Positions 19,927-20,000 of a DNA stretch of 20,000 nt are shown in pieces (position 1 is the stretch's first letter; every line of letters begins with the position of its first letter). Origin of the DNA: Stramenopiles sp. TOSAG23-6 (lineage: Eukaryota); assembly GCA_900128565.1 (NCBI GenBank), contig LT635912.1, positions 50,927-70,926 of the forward strand, in the 5' to 3' direction. A model generated the notes under the pieces. The model had not been told where the DNA came from. It saw only the letters and a list, made by a program, of their open reading frames with translations, and searched no databases. The position numbers were made by a program, and so were the translations under genes.

Positions 19927-20000
19927 GTATGTTGTATTTTTTTTTAATTTCGAATTTATTTTTCATACGAAATTTTGTACCTAACGATTTTTTTTTGAAA
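19927..20000 (+). other. Family-type intron, truncated by the window end
   Basis: ACT TAT|GTATGT donor; TACCTAAC at 19978-19985; 37 nt identical to the NAA25 intron. Confidence 0.85.

Noticed and set aside
643-20000. CRISPR array or prokaryotic REP-type repeats from the recurring TACCTAAC motif
   Set aside because: The copies are dispersed, each inside a eukaryotic gene in sense orientation; no regular spacers and no cas genes.

Overview
Compact, AT-rich eukaryotic DNA with the standard code; a protist, possibly a stramenopile (inference). Genes: two ABCG half-transporters with Cys-rich ectodomains, a secreted hypothetical protein, a P-loop kinase-like protein, ATG13, a DOT1-like methyltransferase, mitochondrial uL4, NatB subunit NAA25/MDM20 and AMP deaminase. 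Two things stand out. (1) All 8 introns share a conserved TACCTAA(C/G) core. Six of the seven complete ones (91-106 nt) start RTAYGT and lack a 3' AG: they end in AT or TT, a copy of the last 2-4 nt of the upstream exon, and removing them restores the reading frames and, in AMPD and NAA25, conserved motifs. This suggests an introner-like family with non-canonical splicing or excision. (2) AMP deaminase is split into complementary halves on opposite strands about 10 kb apart, with the 3' half abutting the end of ATG13. This fits a ~10 kb inversion, either real or an assembly artefact.
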